In this document: in pieces, positions 40,681 through 53,849 of the stretch
Position numbering within the stretch: position 1 is the first letter of the stretch
Layout: each line of letters begins with the position of its first letter
NCBI GenBank assembly: GCA_964016885.1
Contig: OZ024743.1
Coordinates: forward strand, 38,440,001 to 38,504,000
From: Eledone cirrhosa
Lineage: Eukaryota
Direction: 5' to 3'
DNA length: 64,000 nucleotides
Made by a program: the position numbers and the translations under genes
The notes under the pieces: model-generated
The model's database searches: none
What the model saw: the letters and a program-made list of their open reading frames with translations, nothing else
What the model was told of the DNA's origin: nothing

Positions 40681-41889
40681 TATTTTTAATTTTATATTTT
40701 TATTTCATTTACATGAATTAAAACTATTTAAATTGGTGCAAAAGTAGTTAATTAAATTTTCTTGAAGCCTTTGCTCAGTTTCTGTGTCAGCCGCTCACTA
40801 ATTAATGCTTGCTTTAATTGAATTCTTACGACACGCACGCTTTCTGACAGAGATGCATCATCATGTTAAATGCATCTATAGCTGTCAGTGATTAAGTCCG
40901 TGATATTAGTTTAATGTTATAGTTTGTGTCAAAATAAAATTTGCTTTATTCAATCAGACTATTTAATGAAAGAAGGAGAGATAAAATGATATTCTTCCAT
41001 AGCTTAGCATGTTCCGGTGCGAAGGCAAGAATTTGGTGCGAACATTGAGGAATAAAAACGATGTAAGCTACTTTTATGGTAACATTGTGTAAATAAATAA
41101 AATCAAAATAGATACCGAATGAGAAAGGCGTTTATATGAAGGAGGAAATGTTGAAGCCATACTCTTCGTCAAGGTGCAAAGGAAGTATAGTGGAGAAATA
41201 AAAAAGAAAAAAAATCGATATAATGATAAAATAAAGAAGCAATTAAAAAAAAAAGCATCAAATGATAAAATTAAAAATACTTGATATTTCACACAAATGT
41301 ACGAAATATAAAATCCTTTTGCACGAAGAACATGAAAAGATATAAAAACAAAAATTTCACTAATTCGAGGTATTGATGCTACGTCGATTTCAACGATGTG
41401 CATTCAGTTGCTTGTTAAACGTTACGTCAATCCTTTAAAATAATAACAAGTACTCTTAACGTAAATCCTTAGCTGAACTATCATGACATACTATAAGGAA
41501 CAACGCTGGATCGTCGAATTATAGCTACGTTTAATACAACAAGCTTCCCGTAATTTTTGTCTATCCAACATCACGCAGAAGACTTGGATCTTGCTATAGT
41601 TCGCGTAAAATCATATATCATGAATGATACGCAAAGACAACGAGCATATAAACTTACCATTGCAAAAATAATTTCGTAAAGGCACATCTATATCTGTCCA
41701 TATAAATAATCATAGCTTACGTGGAAAATCTCTAAGATTATATCGGTTAGGATTTAGACATTACTCTTGATTAACTGAGGCATGAAGTCAATCTCTATAC
41801 TTTCCGCCAGGAAAGTCACTGACGATGTCACAATCTGTAGGTCATTATGTTTTCTGCTACAATAATTGTTTCTACTTTCTTCTACAATA

Positions 41890-42060
41890 ATTGTTTCTAC
41901 AGCAATTCACCAGTGCATTACTGGTACTTTATTTTATCGACCAAGTAAGGATGAAAGGCAAAGTCAACCTCGGTGGGATTTGAACTCAGATCGTAAAGGG
42001 ACGTAACTATGCTGGAAAGCATGGCGTCCGACCCTCTACCGATACTGCCAATCCGCTCGC
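41890..42060 (-). mobile_element. SINE family A copy
   Basis: ctggtacttt attttatcgaccaagtaaggatgaaaggcaaagtcaacctcggtgggatttgaactc, the reverse complement of the family A core. Confidence 0.75.
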
Positions 42061-43493
42061 TTGAAACTGCCTCCGGTTCTAATAACAGTTCTATGATTTA
42101 AATTGTTAATGTTAAAATGTAAACGTTTCCTTTATATATTTACAAAACACATTTCCAATGTTATGTTCTAAGGATCAAGTTAAGAATATGAAGATTAGTT
42201 GATATTAAATCCATCCAAATTCCTGTTTGTTTGAGATATTCATGAAACATTACGGTAATTTTCCATAGAAATATGTTAAATATTTCTGATTGATTATTAA
42301 AATAATAAACGAAACGATAACACAGAAACATTGTAGAAGGACTCTCACATTATACGTTTATTATAAGGTACTTAAGTTATTGTATCTAGTCATTTTTCGA
42401 GTTCAATAGTCAATTACTTTCTTTTATCTATTTATTTGATCTCATTAACCATGTGGTTCTACTGTTTTCCATGTTTACTTTCATTGTACTCGCTAGGTTT
42501 TGTTTCATATTAATTTTTATTCATTCATTTTTGTAAAACACTTCTATTAAATATCTTCATTGAATCACACAACTTAAATAACTCCCGTGGCTAAATCTTA
42601 CACTCCAACCTGATGTTTGTTCCATGGCGCATCTTGTATTAAGCTAAAACAAAACAACAATAGCGAACAGTTAACGTATTTTAAAGTCTCAACATCACTT
42701 CACTACTGATGGTATTTCCATATGGCCCTGAAAAGATAATATCAAATCTGCGTTAACGGTTTATTTTCTATACGTAATGTCTATATGTTAATGGTCAATG
42801 TAATTTTGAACCCAAACGCAGAAAAGATGAAATGCAACTTAAAGAGATTTAAATAAACGTTTTACGCCTTCGCATTTTTTCTAGAAACTAACAAATGCAT
42901 CCCCAGAGCTATAACGTAATTCCCCACTGGAAAATCCAATATTGTTGAGGGGTGTGCACAAGTACTATTCATTTTATTAATTAGTTGAATGAAAGAAATA
43001 GGAAAATATCGATTATCATTGTGCCGAAATAGAGAGAGGAAAACATATTAAGAGTATATTAAGATGAAGAAAATAGAGCGTGAATATAGAAATATAGAAT
43101 AAAATCGAGCAAATATTATTAATAACCATAGTATTGAAATAATATTATGGAGATAGTAAAGGGTTACATAATGGAAAGAGGAGATAACTTCCCTGTGTAG
43201 AGACGAACACACCTTCATGCTTTGCCATGTTTCGAATAGTATGATAATTCCAGTTTTCTCATTATTAAATAGCTATAATTATTCTGTAATTTTTGTATAT
43301 GCTCTGATATGAATATGTGGAATGTATTTTTGTATATCTTTTAGTTATTGTGTTGATATGAACGTAGGCGCCTGCGTAGACATACATTACCTGGCAGCAC
43401 AATGTATATGCATGTCTCAGCATGTATTCATATATTATTAAATCATTAGTGTATTTTTGCATACATCTCTCTCATCTCTCTCTCTTTCTATTC

Positions 43494-43525
<32 letters not shown>

Positions 43526-43557
43526 GTGTGTGGGTGTGTGTGTAGGTGTGTATACAT

Positions 43558-43612
<55 letters not shown>

Positions 43613-43896
43613 TGCTTCTACGTGTATGTGTGTGTCTGTGTGTGATCGTGAGTGTTTTTTTGTGTGTTCTTCAATCGTTACTGAAACTGAGTATGATCTC
43701 TTACACGTAGGATGAAGGCAAGATTAATGAACACAATGAAGATGTAGCTGTGTCTGCGATGATGGATTGTCAAGCCCATTATTGCTTTGGTCAATAAGCG
43801 TAGGAAATGTTGGGCTCTGGGCCACTCTGTCTCAATGTCCTTAGTTTGCTCAAGGTTTGTTAGGGGTGTTTGAAGAGTGCCCACACAACACTCTAT

Positions 43897-43993
43897 GAAG
43901 AAGAAGAAGAAGAAGAAGAAGAAGAAGAAGAAGAAGAAGAAGAAGAAGAAGAAGAAGAAGAAGAAGAAGAAGAAGAAGAAGAAGAAGAAGAAG
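43897..43993. repeat. Perfect (GAA)n microsatellite
   Basis: Direct inspection. Confidence 0.99.
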
Positions 43994-44287
43994 ATATGTA
44001 TTATGATTGTCTGTGAGTGTGTATGATTATTGGCAGATATTTTTATTTATTTCATTTATAGGATAGAAACGCTTTCATACATGAGAAATCATGAAACATT
44101 TGTGGTTTCATTTTGAAATTTCAACAGATCTAGCACTCGAATCTATATAATATAAATATGTGTATATTCCACCAAGGTCTACAGTACCACATTTAACCAC
44201 GGTCATTTCCTATTCACCATCGAACCTCCATCCTTAATTGTATGTACACACTCACAAAAGCACATACACATACACACATTTGCATAG

Positions 44288-44322
<35 letters not shown>

Positions 44323-44593
44323 CGATGAATTAGTTTTGCGAGGTTTTTTATATGAAATCGTGTGTCGAAACAGATATTGTTATATTTGGGGAGGGTCATA
44401 TTTGCGTAATATTGCCAGAATTAATAACAGAACACACTCACTGTTTGGTTGGTTTTCGCTTCTCGCTGTCTTTTATATATATATATCTGCGATCTAACTT
44501 ACTCGGTCCTCAATGTTGCCATTGACTGACCGGCGGTCAAAAATAATACTGATACAATATAGACACAAACACATATATATAGTTTACATAATT

Positions 44594-44636
44594 TACATAA
44601 ATCTTTCGTTGCACATCTGCAACATCGTCAGTGGTG
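44594..44636 (-). ncRNA. Type I hammerhead in PLE pLTR (other copies at 47792-47834 and 48321-48364)
   Basis: Minus strand: cacca CTGACGA t gttgca-gatg-tgcaac GAAA gatt TA tg; core and stem II identical in all three copies. Confidence 0.75.
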
Positions 44637-44896
44637 TTATATTCATTGTTCCTCCTGTTGTGTTGTATGTCTACGCCATTTTTTTTTTTTGTTCAGTCTG
44701 TCTATATATTTATTTATTTATTTGCTTGTTTGTTTATCTTATTTTATTTTGTCTTCTTTGCGCATGCGTTTGCGTGTGTGTATAGTGTGATGTGTGACTA
44801 GTGTGTATAGTGTTGTGTCTGCTGGGTGACTAGTGTGTGTTTATGTGCTTGTGTATGTATTTATTTATCTTATTTTATTTAATTTTATTTACTTAT

Positions 44897-46348
44897 TTAT
44901 ACTTCTCTTAGGTCAGTGTTGTTTGTTTGGGTGTTGTTGTTGTTCCACTCATTCTTTCTGTTTAGCTTTGGTCTTCTAATTTCTATTTCACTGGCCTCTC
45001 TGATTTGCCTATCTGCTGGGTCATTCCTATGTTTAGATATTATTCTAATTTCTATGTTGTCTATGTTACCGTCATGTTGTTGTCTAGCATGTTCGTATAG
45101 TACTGACCCGTTTTTTCGTCCTTTTAGTTCCCCCCAGTGTTGGTCTATCCTTTCACCTATGCTACGAGCTGTCTCACCTATGTATGTTGTTGTCATGTTT
45201 CTGCAAGTACCCTCTGTACATCTTATGCTATAGACTACGTTTCTAGTGTTACAGTTTATCCGGGGGTTCACCTTACAAATGATACATTTCCTATTGGTAC
45301 AGTGGGTTTTCTTAAAAGGGTAGGTTTTGCTGATCAGGGATTTTATGGTGGTTCCTGGCTTTTCTACCACCTTTATTTTTAAGTGGGTTTTTCTCAGGGC
45401 CTTTCTACACTGGTTAGCTAATTTCCCTCCAGGGGTGGCGTCCACAAACATGACACTCTGATATCTCTGGTTGTCGTACCATGATGTGGCCTTCTCTATC
45501 TTATGTCTAGTCCTATCTAAGCTATTCCATGATTTGCTCCTGTATAGTGGGCAAATTCCTTTCATGTCCAGTTCTATGAGGGTCTTATACTTTTCCATGG
45601 CTCCTTCGTATACTCTGACTCTGTCTCTTTGGTTGTAGCCAGAGAACTGCATGCGGTTGATGAAGTGTTGGATGTGTCCTTCCATTTCTGTTGGGTCGCA
45701 CATGCTGGACACATTCTTCATCACTCGTACCAAATCTGCGATCAGAATATTAAACTTAGCACTACTGGACATTGCTGAGTTTTTGAGTATCAGGTATTTG
45801 GAGGCCATGGGTTTAGCATAGTGTGAGTGGAGAATTTGGGCTCTCTCGTCTATAGTGTTAATCCAGAGTTCTGTGTCTAATACAGGTAGTCTATTGTTAG
45901 GGTGTTTGGAAGGGAAGTCTATAGTTACAGTTATACTCTGGTGTATGGAATTAGCTATCTGCTGGATGCTTTCCATCGTGCTACGTTCTAAATCAAACTT
46001 GTTAGTGCTCTCTAGTGGGGGTGTTCTTATAACTATATTGATATCGTCTACATAACGAGAGTACATGATGAGGTCTATGGAGCTTTCATTAAGGAGATCT
46101 TTAAGTCTCCTTTCCCACCATACCATGAAAAGGTTGGCAACATCACCAGCTATGCTGACGCCGATGGCTGCTCCCTCATTTTGGGTGTAGATTTTCTCAT
46201 TGAACTTAAATATGTGGCCCTTTAGGGTAGTTTTGATACTAGCCCCTATTGCATGTGCGACCATTTTTCTTACCTGATCAGTGTTTTGGGGGGTCCGTAT
46301 AGCTTTGGTCCACCCAATCCACCTTCCTATGGGAGTCTTTTTAGCCAT
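44897..46348 (-). CDS. Penelope-like RT (C-terminal part) - thumb - Cys linker - GIY-YIG endonuclease, 483-aa open segment
   Basis: Uninterrupted ORF with RYVDD, SGY, CTNRKCIIC...NC, VVYSIRC and YIGETAR...R...H...REA...PKLN. It continues upstream in another frame (46354-46569). Confidence 0.9.
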   Translation of the reverse strand: MAKKTPIGRWIGWTKAIRTPQNTDQVRKMVAHAIGASIKTTLKGHIFKFNEKIYTQNEGAAIGVSIAGDVANLFMVWWERRLKDLLNESSIDLIMYSRYVDDINIVIRTPPLESTNKFDLERSTMESIQQIANSIHQSITVTIDFPSKHPNNRLPVLDTELWINTIDERAQILHSHYAKPMASKYLILKNSAMSSSAKFNILIADLVRVMKNVSSMCDPTEMEGHIQHFINRMQFSGYNQRDRVRVYEGAMEKYKTLIELDMKGICPLYRSKSWNSLDRTRHKIEKATSWYDNQRYQSVMFVDATPGGKLANQCRKALRKTHLKIKVVEKPGTTIKSLISKTYPFKKTHCTNRKCIICKVNPRINCNTRNVVYSIRCTEGTCRNMTTTYIGETARSIGERIDQHWGELKGRKNGSVLYEHARQQHDGNIDNIEIRIISKHRNDPADRQIREASEIEIRRPKLNRKNEWNNNNTQTNNTDLREV

Positions 46349-47280
46349 TGAGGTTATGGTGGGGGTCTACCTCTTATAGGTCTACTAGGGCAGAAACATC
46401 TAAGGTCATGGCTGTCTAGGTAGTCAGTGTCGTAGGTAAGTCTAAGTAGGAGGCCCAGTTCGTCTGTGTCGACGTCGCAGAACTCCACCTCACACTCAAT
46501 GATCATCTCCACACATCTTTTCACAGCAAAATCAATGTTAATGGATGGGTACAGTGACACCACATCCATGCTGCCTATTATGCATAATATGCTAAGATTT
46601 TCATAATTATAAATTTATTATATTCTCATAAATTTTGTAGATGAATCATTTACATAAACTGCAACGTTGACTGCTTTGGAAAACGAAACTAAATGTTTCA
46701 AATAATCAGAATTAATCCGTCAACAGGAAAGACGAAATTTCGTAGAAAATGGATGTTGGAAGTTTAGAAAAAAATGTTGATATAAAAGTTTGTGATAAAG
46801 GTCCTGCGACCCGGTGCTACACCTAGCCGTTTTTGCCTGCGGCATTTAATATCTAGAGTATAAAAACGTGAACATAACAATCTCCAAGCTGTTTCAATAT
46901 CCTCTAGTTTGCTCAGGGAGTATTCTGAATACATGAGTGCATATACATCATTGTCAACAGCAAACGGATATAATATAATAATCAGAAATGTTTGAACAAT
47001 CATATTGGTTCAATTGATTAGAAAGCAATTCAACTAATTAATAATGTTGGCCTAAGAAATCATTAATGAGATCAAAATATTCCTGCGAGTTAATTAAATT
47101 AATATTTAAGTTAATCCAAATAATCATCGTGTTAGTTTAATTTATTAGTAGTGTTAATTAGTTGTGTTAGTTTAATAACTAAATCATGCTGGTTTAATCA
47201 ATTAGTCGCATTAGTTTAATCAATATTTCATGATATTTGAATTAATTAAACTTATCTTATTGGGTATATATATTTTTTTA

Positions 47281-47399
47281 AATATAGAAATGGCTTCTAC
47301 ATGACGAGAACTGTTTCATTCGAAGGAAATCATCAGGGCTTTCCTGATGATTTCCTTTGAATGAAACAGTTCTAGTCGTGTAGAAGCCATTTCTATATT
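47281..47399. repeat. ~120-bp palindrome with hammerhead cores on both strands (family H4)
   Basis: aatatagaaatggcttctac...aaatcatcagg gcttt cctgatgattt...gtagaagccatttctatatt; each arm reads CTGATGA t ttc-N4-gaa t GAAA cagttct.GTC. Confidence 0.8.
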
Positions 47400-47541
47400 A
47401 AATATTTATACTCTGCTATGTATTATGTACCTTACTGTGGTTACCCACGATTGAACCCGGGATACAGACTCTCACACACGCACACACACATAACGCACGC
47501 ACACACACCCACACAAGCACACACATATATATATATATATA

Positions 47542-50385
47542 TGAATTAGTTTTGCGAGGTTTTTGATATGAAATCGTGAGTCGAAAGAAATATTGTTATA
47601 TTTGGGGAGGGTCATAGTTGTGTAATAATATTGCCAGAATTAATAACAGAACACACTCACTGTTTGGTTGGTTTTCGCTTCTGTGTCTTCTATATCGGTT
47701 AATTTAATTTATTCGGTCCTCAATGTTGCCATTGACTGACCAACGGTCAAAAATACAGATACAATATAGACACAAACACATATATATAGTCTATCAAATA
47801 ATTTCGTTGCACATCTGCAACATCGTCAGTGGTGCTATTATGTTTCCTCCCGTTGCAATGTATGCTTACGCCATCTTTATTTAGTCTGTTTATTTATTTA
47901 TTTATTTGTTTATTTTTTAAATTTGTTTGTCTTCTCTGCGCATGCATTTGTGTGTGTGTATAGTGTTTTGTTTGATGTGTGTTCTTGTTTGGGTGACTGT
48001 GTATTGGTTAATATATTCTATCTTAGTTTACTAGTGTGTGTTTATATTTGTTTGTTGTTATTGTGCTTGTGTATGCATTTATTTATTGTTTATTTATCGT
48101 GTTTCGAAACAAATATTGTTATACTTGGGGAGGGTCATATTTGTGTAATATTGCCAGAATTAATACCAGCACACACTCACTGTTTGGTTGGTTTTAGCTT
48201 CTCGCTTCTGTGTCTTTTATATCGGTAATCTAACTTACTCGGTCCTCAATGTTGCCATTGACTGACCGACGGTCAAAAATAATACAGATACAATATAGAC
48301 ACAAACACATATATATAGTTTATCATAAATCTTTCGTTGCACATCTGCAACATCGTCAGTGGTGCTATATTTTCCTCCTGTTTTATTGTATGTCTACGCC
48401 ATTTTTTTTCAGTCTGTCTATATATTTATTTATTTATTTGCGTGTTTGTTTATTTTATTTTGTCTTCTTTGCGCATGCGTTTGCGTGTGTGTATAGTGTT
48501 TTGTTTGCTGTGTGATGGGTGACTAGTGTGTGTTTATGTGCTTGTTGTTATTGTGCTTGTGTATGTATTTATTTATTTATTTATTTATTTTATTTTATTT
48601 ACTTATTTATACTTCTCTTAGGTCAGTGTTGTTTGTTTGGGTGTTGTTATTCCATTCATTTTTTCTGTTTAGCCTTGGCATTCTAAGTTCTATTTCGCTG
48701 GCCTCTCTGATTTGCCTACCTGCTGGGTCTTTTCTATGTTTAGATATTATTCTAACTTCTATGTTGTCTATGTTACCGTTGTGTTGTTGTCGGGCATGTT
48801 TGTATAGTACTAAACCGTTTTTTCGTCCTTTTAGTTCCCCCAGTGTTGGTCTATCATTTCACCTATGCTACGAGCTGTCCCGCCTATGTATGTTGTTTTC
48901 ATGTTTCTGCAAGTACCCTCTGCACATCTTATGCTATAGAATACGTTATCCGGGGTTTACTCTACATATGATATATTTCCTATTAGTACAGTGGGTTTTC
49001 TTAAAAGGGTAGGTTTTGCTAATCAGGGATTTTATGGTGGTACCTGGCTTTTCTACCACCTTAATCTTTAAGTGGGTCTTTCTCAGGGCCTTTCTACACT
49101 GGTTAGATAATTTCCCTCCAGGGGTAGCGTCCACAAACATGACACTCTGGTATCTCTGGTCGTCGAAACATGAGGTGGCTTTCCCCATCTTATGTCTAGT
49201 CCTATCTAAGCTATTCTATGATTTGCTCCTGTATAATGGGCAACTTCCTTTCATGTCCAGTTCTATGAGGGTCTTATACTTCTCCGTGGCTCCTTCGTAT
49301 ACTCTGATTCTGTCTCTTAGGTTGTAGCCAGAGAACTGCATGCGGTTGATGAAGTGTTGGATGTGTCTTTCCATTTCTGTTGGGTCGCACATGCGGTAAA
49401 CGTTCTTCATCACATGTGCCAAGTCTGCGATCAGAATATTAAACTTAGCACTACTAGACATTGCTGAGTTTTTGAGTATCAGGTATTTGGAGGGCCATGG
49501 GTTTAGCATAGTGTGAGTGGAGAATTTGGGCTCTCTCGTCTATAGTGTTAATCCAGAGTTCCATGTCTAATACAGGTAGTATATTGTTAAGGTGTTTGGA
49601 AGGGTAGTCGATAGTTACAGTTATACTCTGGTGTATGGAAGTAGCTATCTGCTGGATGCTTTCCATTGTGCTACGTTCTAAATCAAACTTGTTAGTGCTC
49701 TAACTTGTGGGGATCTCCGTGTTACTATATTGATGTCGTCTACGTAACGAGAGTACATGATGAGGTCTATGGAGCTCTCATCAAGGAGATCTTTGAGTCT
49801 CCTTTCCCACCATACCACAAAAAGGTTGGCAACGTCACCAGCTATGCTGACGCCAATGTCTGCTCCATCATTTTGGGTGTAGATCTTCTCGTTGAACTTG
49901 AATATGTGGCCCTTTAGGGTAGTTTTGATACTAGCCCCTATTGCGTGTGCGACCATGTTTCTTACCTGGTCATTGTTTTGGGGGGTCCGTATAGCTTTGG
50001 TCCATGAATTCTATCTTCCCATGGGAGTCGTTTTTGCCATTGAGGTTATGGTGGGGGATCTACCTCTTATGTTCTACTTGGGCAGAAACGTCTAAGGACA
50101 TGGCTGTCTAGGTAGTCAGTGTCGTAGGTAAGTCTAAGTAGGAGGCCCAGTTCGTCTGTGTTGACGTCGCAGAACTCCACCTCACTCTCAATGATCATCT
50201 CCACACATTTTTTCACAGCAAAATCAATGTTAATGGATGGGTACAGTGATACCACATCCATACTGCCTATTATGCTGTTGAATAGGTTCCTGTTTTTGTT
50301 GCACACACTGATTCTCCTCAGGAGGTCCTCTGTACTGTCACATACATCTGGAGACATCTTGATTATGGGCGTATAACCATTGAGA
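47542..50385 (-). mobile_element. Penelope-like retroelement, copy 2 (multiple frameshifts) with two tandem pLTRs
   Basis: ORF fragments 50067-50423, 49678-49956, 49454-49666, 49216-49509 and 48946-49188 closely match copy 1. pLTRs at ~47542-48100 and ~48100-48610 each carry the HHR. Confidence 0.95.
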
Positions 50386-50449
50386 GGAAGTATATATATA
50401 TGAATATAGATATATGTGTGCATATGTATATATGTATATCTTTATATAT

Positions 50450-50668
50450 ATAACGTAAACAAAAATACCAACACAATCGGTACAGTATATGAAAGGAATA
50501 TATTAGGTTGACGCTTGAAATAGCAGGAACAGGGTCTTAACGTTTCGGACGCTAATCGTACATCAGAATAAAGAATGAGAAATAAGATAGATTGAAGGGA
50601 ACGGGCGGGGTTGGAATGGGAAATATGTCTTTAGATGGAAATAACAGGTCCATTCATATTGAAATCTA
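50450..50668 (-). repeat. pLTR-like repeat with a degenerate hammerhead (~50535-50568)
   Basis: Minus strand: tt CTGATGT acg-attag-cgt cc GAAAC GTT aa; homologous to 15590-15765. Confidence 0.55.
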
Positions 50669-51372
50669 TGTATATGCATTTATATTCACACACACACACA
50701 CTCACACACACACACAAGCATTTCTAATGCTTATCAAAAATAATTTTGAGATAGAGCACTCGTGATGTTTGATATATATTCATTTATGTGTAGTGGTTCA
50801 CCATTGGTTAGAACTATGTATTCCGCTTAATACACCATGACGTAATAGTAGGAAAAGCACTCAACATTATGCAGCTCATCCATCGTTGATGTTGAATAGT
50901 GTGGTTGGTGCAGGAACGGAGCTATATATTAGTTTGGTTAATAGAACAGGAGGCCGGACCTGTGAAGTTCCTTTCACGTTTTTTGTTGTTGTTGTTGCAA
51001 AAACACTATATATATTTCAATGACCTGGTTAGGTACGATTCTGGTGACATCATAATGTTCGGATTGCATAATTAGTTGAAAATAAAGACATTATGTCAAA
51101 CACAATATAGAACAAATATTGATCCGGAGAGGGCCCACGTTTATTGTTTCCGCAAACAATCCCGAATTAAATATGTTTTCTATATTTTCTCTGTGTGTTT
51201 TGCCATAATTCCATTATGGATTAACTAATTATGCAATTCGCGCCTGATGATGTCACCAGGATCTCACTGAACCAGGCCATTGAAATATACCTAGCGATTT
51301 TACAACAATAATCGTTAAAGGAACATCACCAGGCCGGCCTCCTGTTATTTTTTCATATATATATATATAGTA

Positions 51373-51608
51373 ATGTAATAAACAACATAACATAATTATT
51401 TTATTTACCAGTCGTTTCTTGAAAGCAAACAAAATTGCTTTCATTCATCAGAATGAAAAAATCCTGGTGTCTTTATTGGCAGTGGATTTGAAAAACCACT
51501 GTAAATAAAGACACCAGGATTTTTTCATTCTGATGAATAAAAGCAATTTTGGTTGCTTTCAAGAAACGACTGGTAAATGAAATAATTATGTTATGTTGTT
51601 TATTACAT
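51373..51608. mobile_element. Fold-back element (family H5) with hammerheads on both strands
   Basis: Palindrome with ~110-bp arms around the loop atttgaaaaa; HHRs at 51400-51458 (-) and 51523-51582 (+). Confidence 0.88.
51523..51582 (+). ncRNA. Type I hammerhead, canonical core
   Basis: tttcatt CTGATGA ata aaagcaa-ttttgg-ttgcttt caa GAAA c-gactg-g TA aatgaaa; 7-bp stem I, long stem II, GUA triplet. Confidence 0.8.
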
Positions 51609-52707
51609 AACTAATGAGCTCTGTAACTTACAAAGAACACTCTTTTTTCCTGGACCTTTCCGACGGAATTACTTCATTCACATATATATATATATATGTT
51701 AACGAGATATCGTTGAAGGTAATCCAAATAGATGTTATCAGAATTCTGTATCGAGTGACGAAAGGTACAATACCTCCGACAAAATTCTAAAGTTCTTGTC
51801 TACCCGAATTTAACTCAGGTTGACCAGCCATTATGGTAGAAATCCATATACCACGTATTTGGCTCAAATCTTGAAACTCGTGCGAACTTCTTAACCAAGC
51901 AAATATGCATGTCTCATATTTACATCTACATATCGGACATATAGATACCTGTCAAGCTCTAAAAACTCAAAAGGAGAGAACCCCCAAATGGGGATATTTT
52001 AGATAACGAAAACTATACCCATTTTCACGAGAGGAAACACTTCAAACGCAAACCAAAGTAGGTGAAAGATCTCCTTGTCAGACGGGGATAGTTGAGAGGT
52101 CCGGATATACAACATTGTAGATCACAAATGACTTAGAAATATAAACCTTGGAATATTTCAAGTAATCTTTTAATTATTATTTCTAAATGATTTAATGTTG
52201 AAACTTGTGAATTCCCTACTTTATTTTTCTGCTTGTCTATTCATCCTTACTGTGCCACGTGATTAAAAAATAAAGGTGATGTCAGAAACAATTGCATCTA
52301 TTTTCAATTGCTTAAATATGTAGCCAGAAAAATCTATATATATATGAACGGAAAATTAAAGTTTTGGCTGTGGCTCTTACGGAAAGCATTACAGATTCTT
52401 GAATCTTAATTAACTGCTTCGCCCAGCGCATTAAGTTTGTCATTGCTGTTTTACGCATAGGATTTATGAAATAGAAGCCTGGTACATATATTGTTCCACG
52501 TTACATTATATTTTTAAAACTGAAGAAATATCTTTCGCCTGACAAAAAGGGTCTTTAATGTGAAAAAATATCATTAATTAATCAAACAATAAGTTAATGA
52601 ATATGCACAAACCTTAATAAGATACTTTCTTTCTTCTTTCCTCAACGAATATTAAACTGCAATAACTAAATTCAGATTCAAATTACCTTCATATCAACCT
52701 TATGTAT

Positions 52708-52834
<127 letters not shown>

Positions 52835-53339
52835 ACACACACACACACACATATATATATATACATATATATATGAGAAAGAATAACGCATCGTGCTATT
52901 AAATTACCACGTACAAAGTATAATTGAATTCTTCATATCGTAAAATAAATTGAATTCTATTCACAGAGCATAACTGTTCTCTATTTTATGACAGAAAATT
53001 TGGGAGATTATTGCTTTGGTGCCTCAACCAAAGCAATAACGAACACATTATATGAATCATCACTAAAGATTGAAAGAGATAAACGAACTGATTTATCTAA
53101 ACCTTTCTTTTCACTTAACAAAATTTCCTTTATAGAAGTTCATATACCAGGTTTATAGAGGTTAGTACATTGTGTGTCTAGGAAATTCTCTTCGCAAATT
53201 CTCTTTCGGTTTCAGATCTTTTGCATTGTGCTTTAGGAAATTTTCTTCGACCATAGCCTCAGTTTGTCGAATGTATTGCGAGTAAAGCTCCTAGACGGGA
53301 CCTGTGTGGAAGCCCATCATATATATATATATATATACA

Positions 53340-53545
53340 TAAATTAGCGAGAATCGAATTTCGGCTTTGGAATTAGCGAAAAGCAACTTCTGAGATGTGT
53401 GGCTAGCGCTAAATAATTCTGACGAACTAGAGCTATAACATACGTTAAAGGCCAAACACACTGATACGATGGTTAAACCGTCATCCGCTAGCCATAGAAA
53501 CGACCAAGTAATTCGGACCAAACAAATAAAAAAATATGTGATTGA
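53340..53545 (+). repeat. Copy of the 32535-32738 dispersed repeat
   Basis: Reverse-complement similarity to 32535-32738. Confidence 0.8.
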
Positions 53546-53749
53546 AAAAATATGTGATTGATATATAATTATACACAAAATCACACATACTTATACATAC
53601 ATCAAACACACACATACCCCCCCTCTATTATATAAGTATCATGATTTAAATGGGTTTCTCAGGATGGAGGAGGCCTAATGAATGAAACTAAAAACAAAAA
53701 ACACGAATGACAAATAATCAATCGGCTAAAATATAAGACACGTCGAACA

Positions 53750-53849
53750 GATATTTTAGAAATCTTAAAATACGTGATCTTGATGTTTTAGAATATTAAA
53801 ATACATGACCCTAAATGTTTTAGAAAGTTAAAGTACGTGACCTTGATGT
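53750..53849. repeat. ~32-bp minisatellite, about 3 copies
   Basis: gatgttttagaa..ttaaaatacgtga.ctt repeated. Confidence 0.8.

Larger units (their letters stand above)
44325..46583 (-). mobile_element. Penelope-like retroelement, copy 1 (5'-truncated, one frameshift) with 3' pLTR
   Basis: RT motifs GSMDVVSLYPSI, QNEGAAIG...ANLFM, YSRYVDD and LPVLD, followed by GIY-YIG. The pLTR (~44325-44895) carries an HHR at 44594-44636. Confidence 0.96.

Noticed and set aside
43665-43896. Complex segment preceding (GAA)n, possibly a retroposon with a GAA tail
   Set aside because: No diagnostic motif or second copy in the window.
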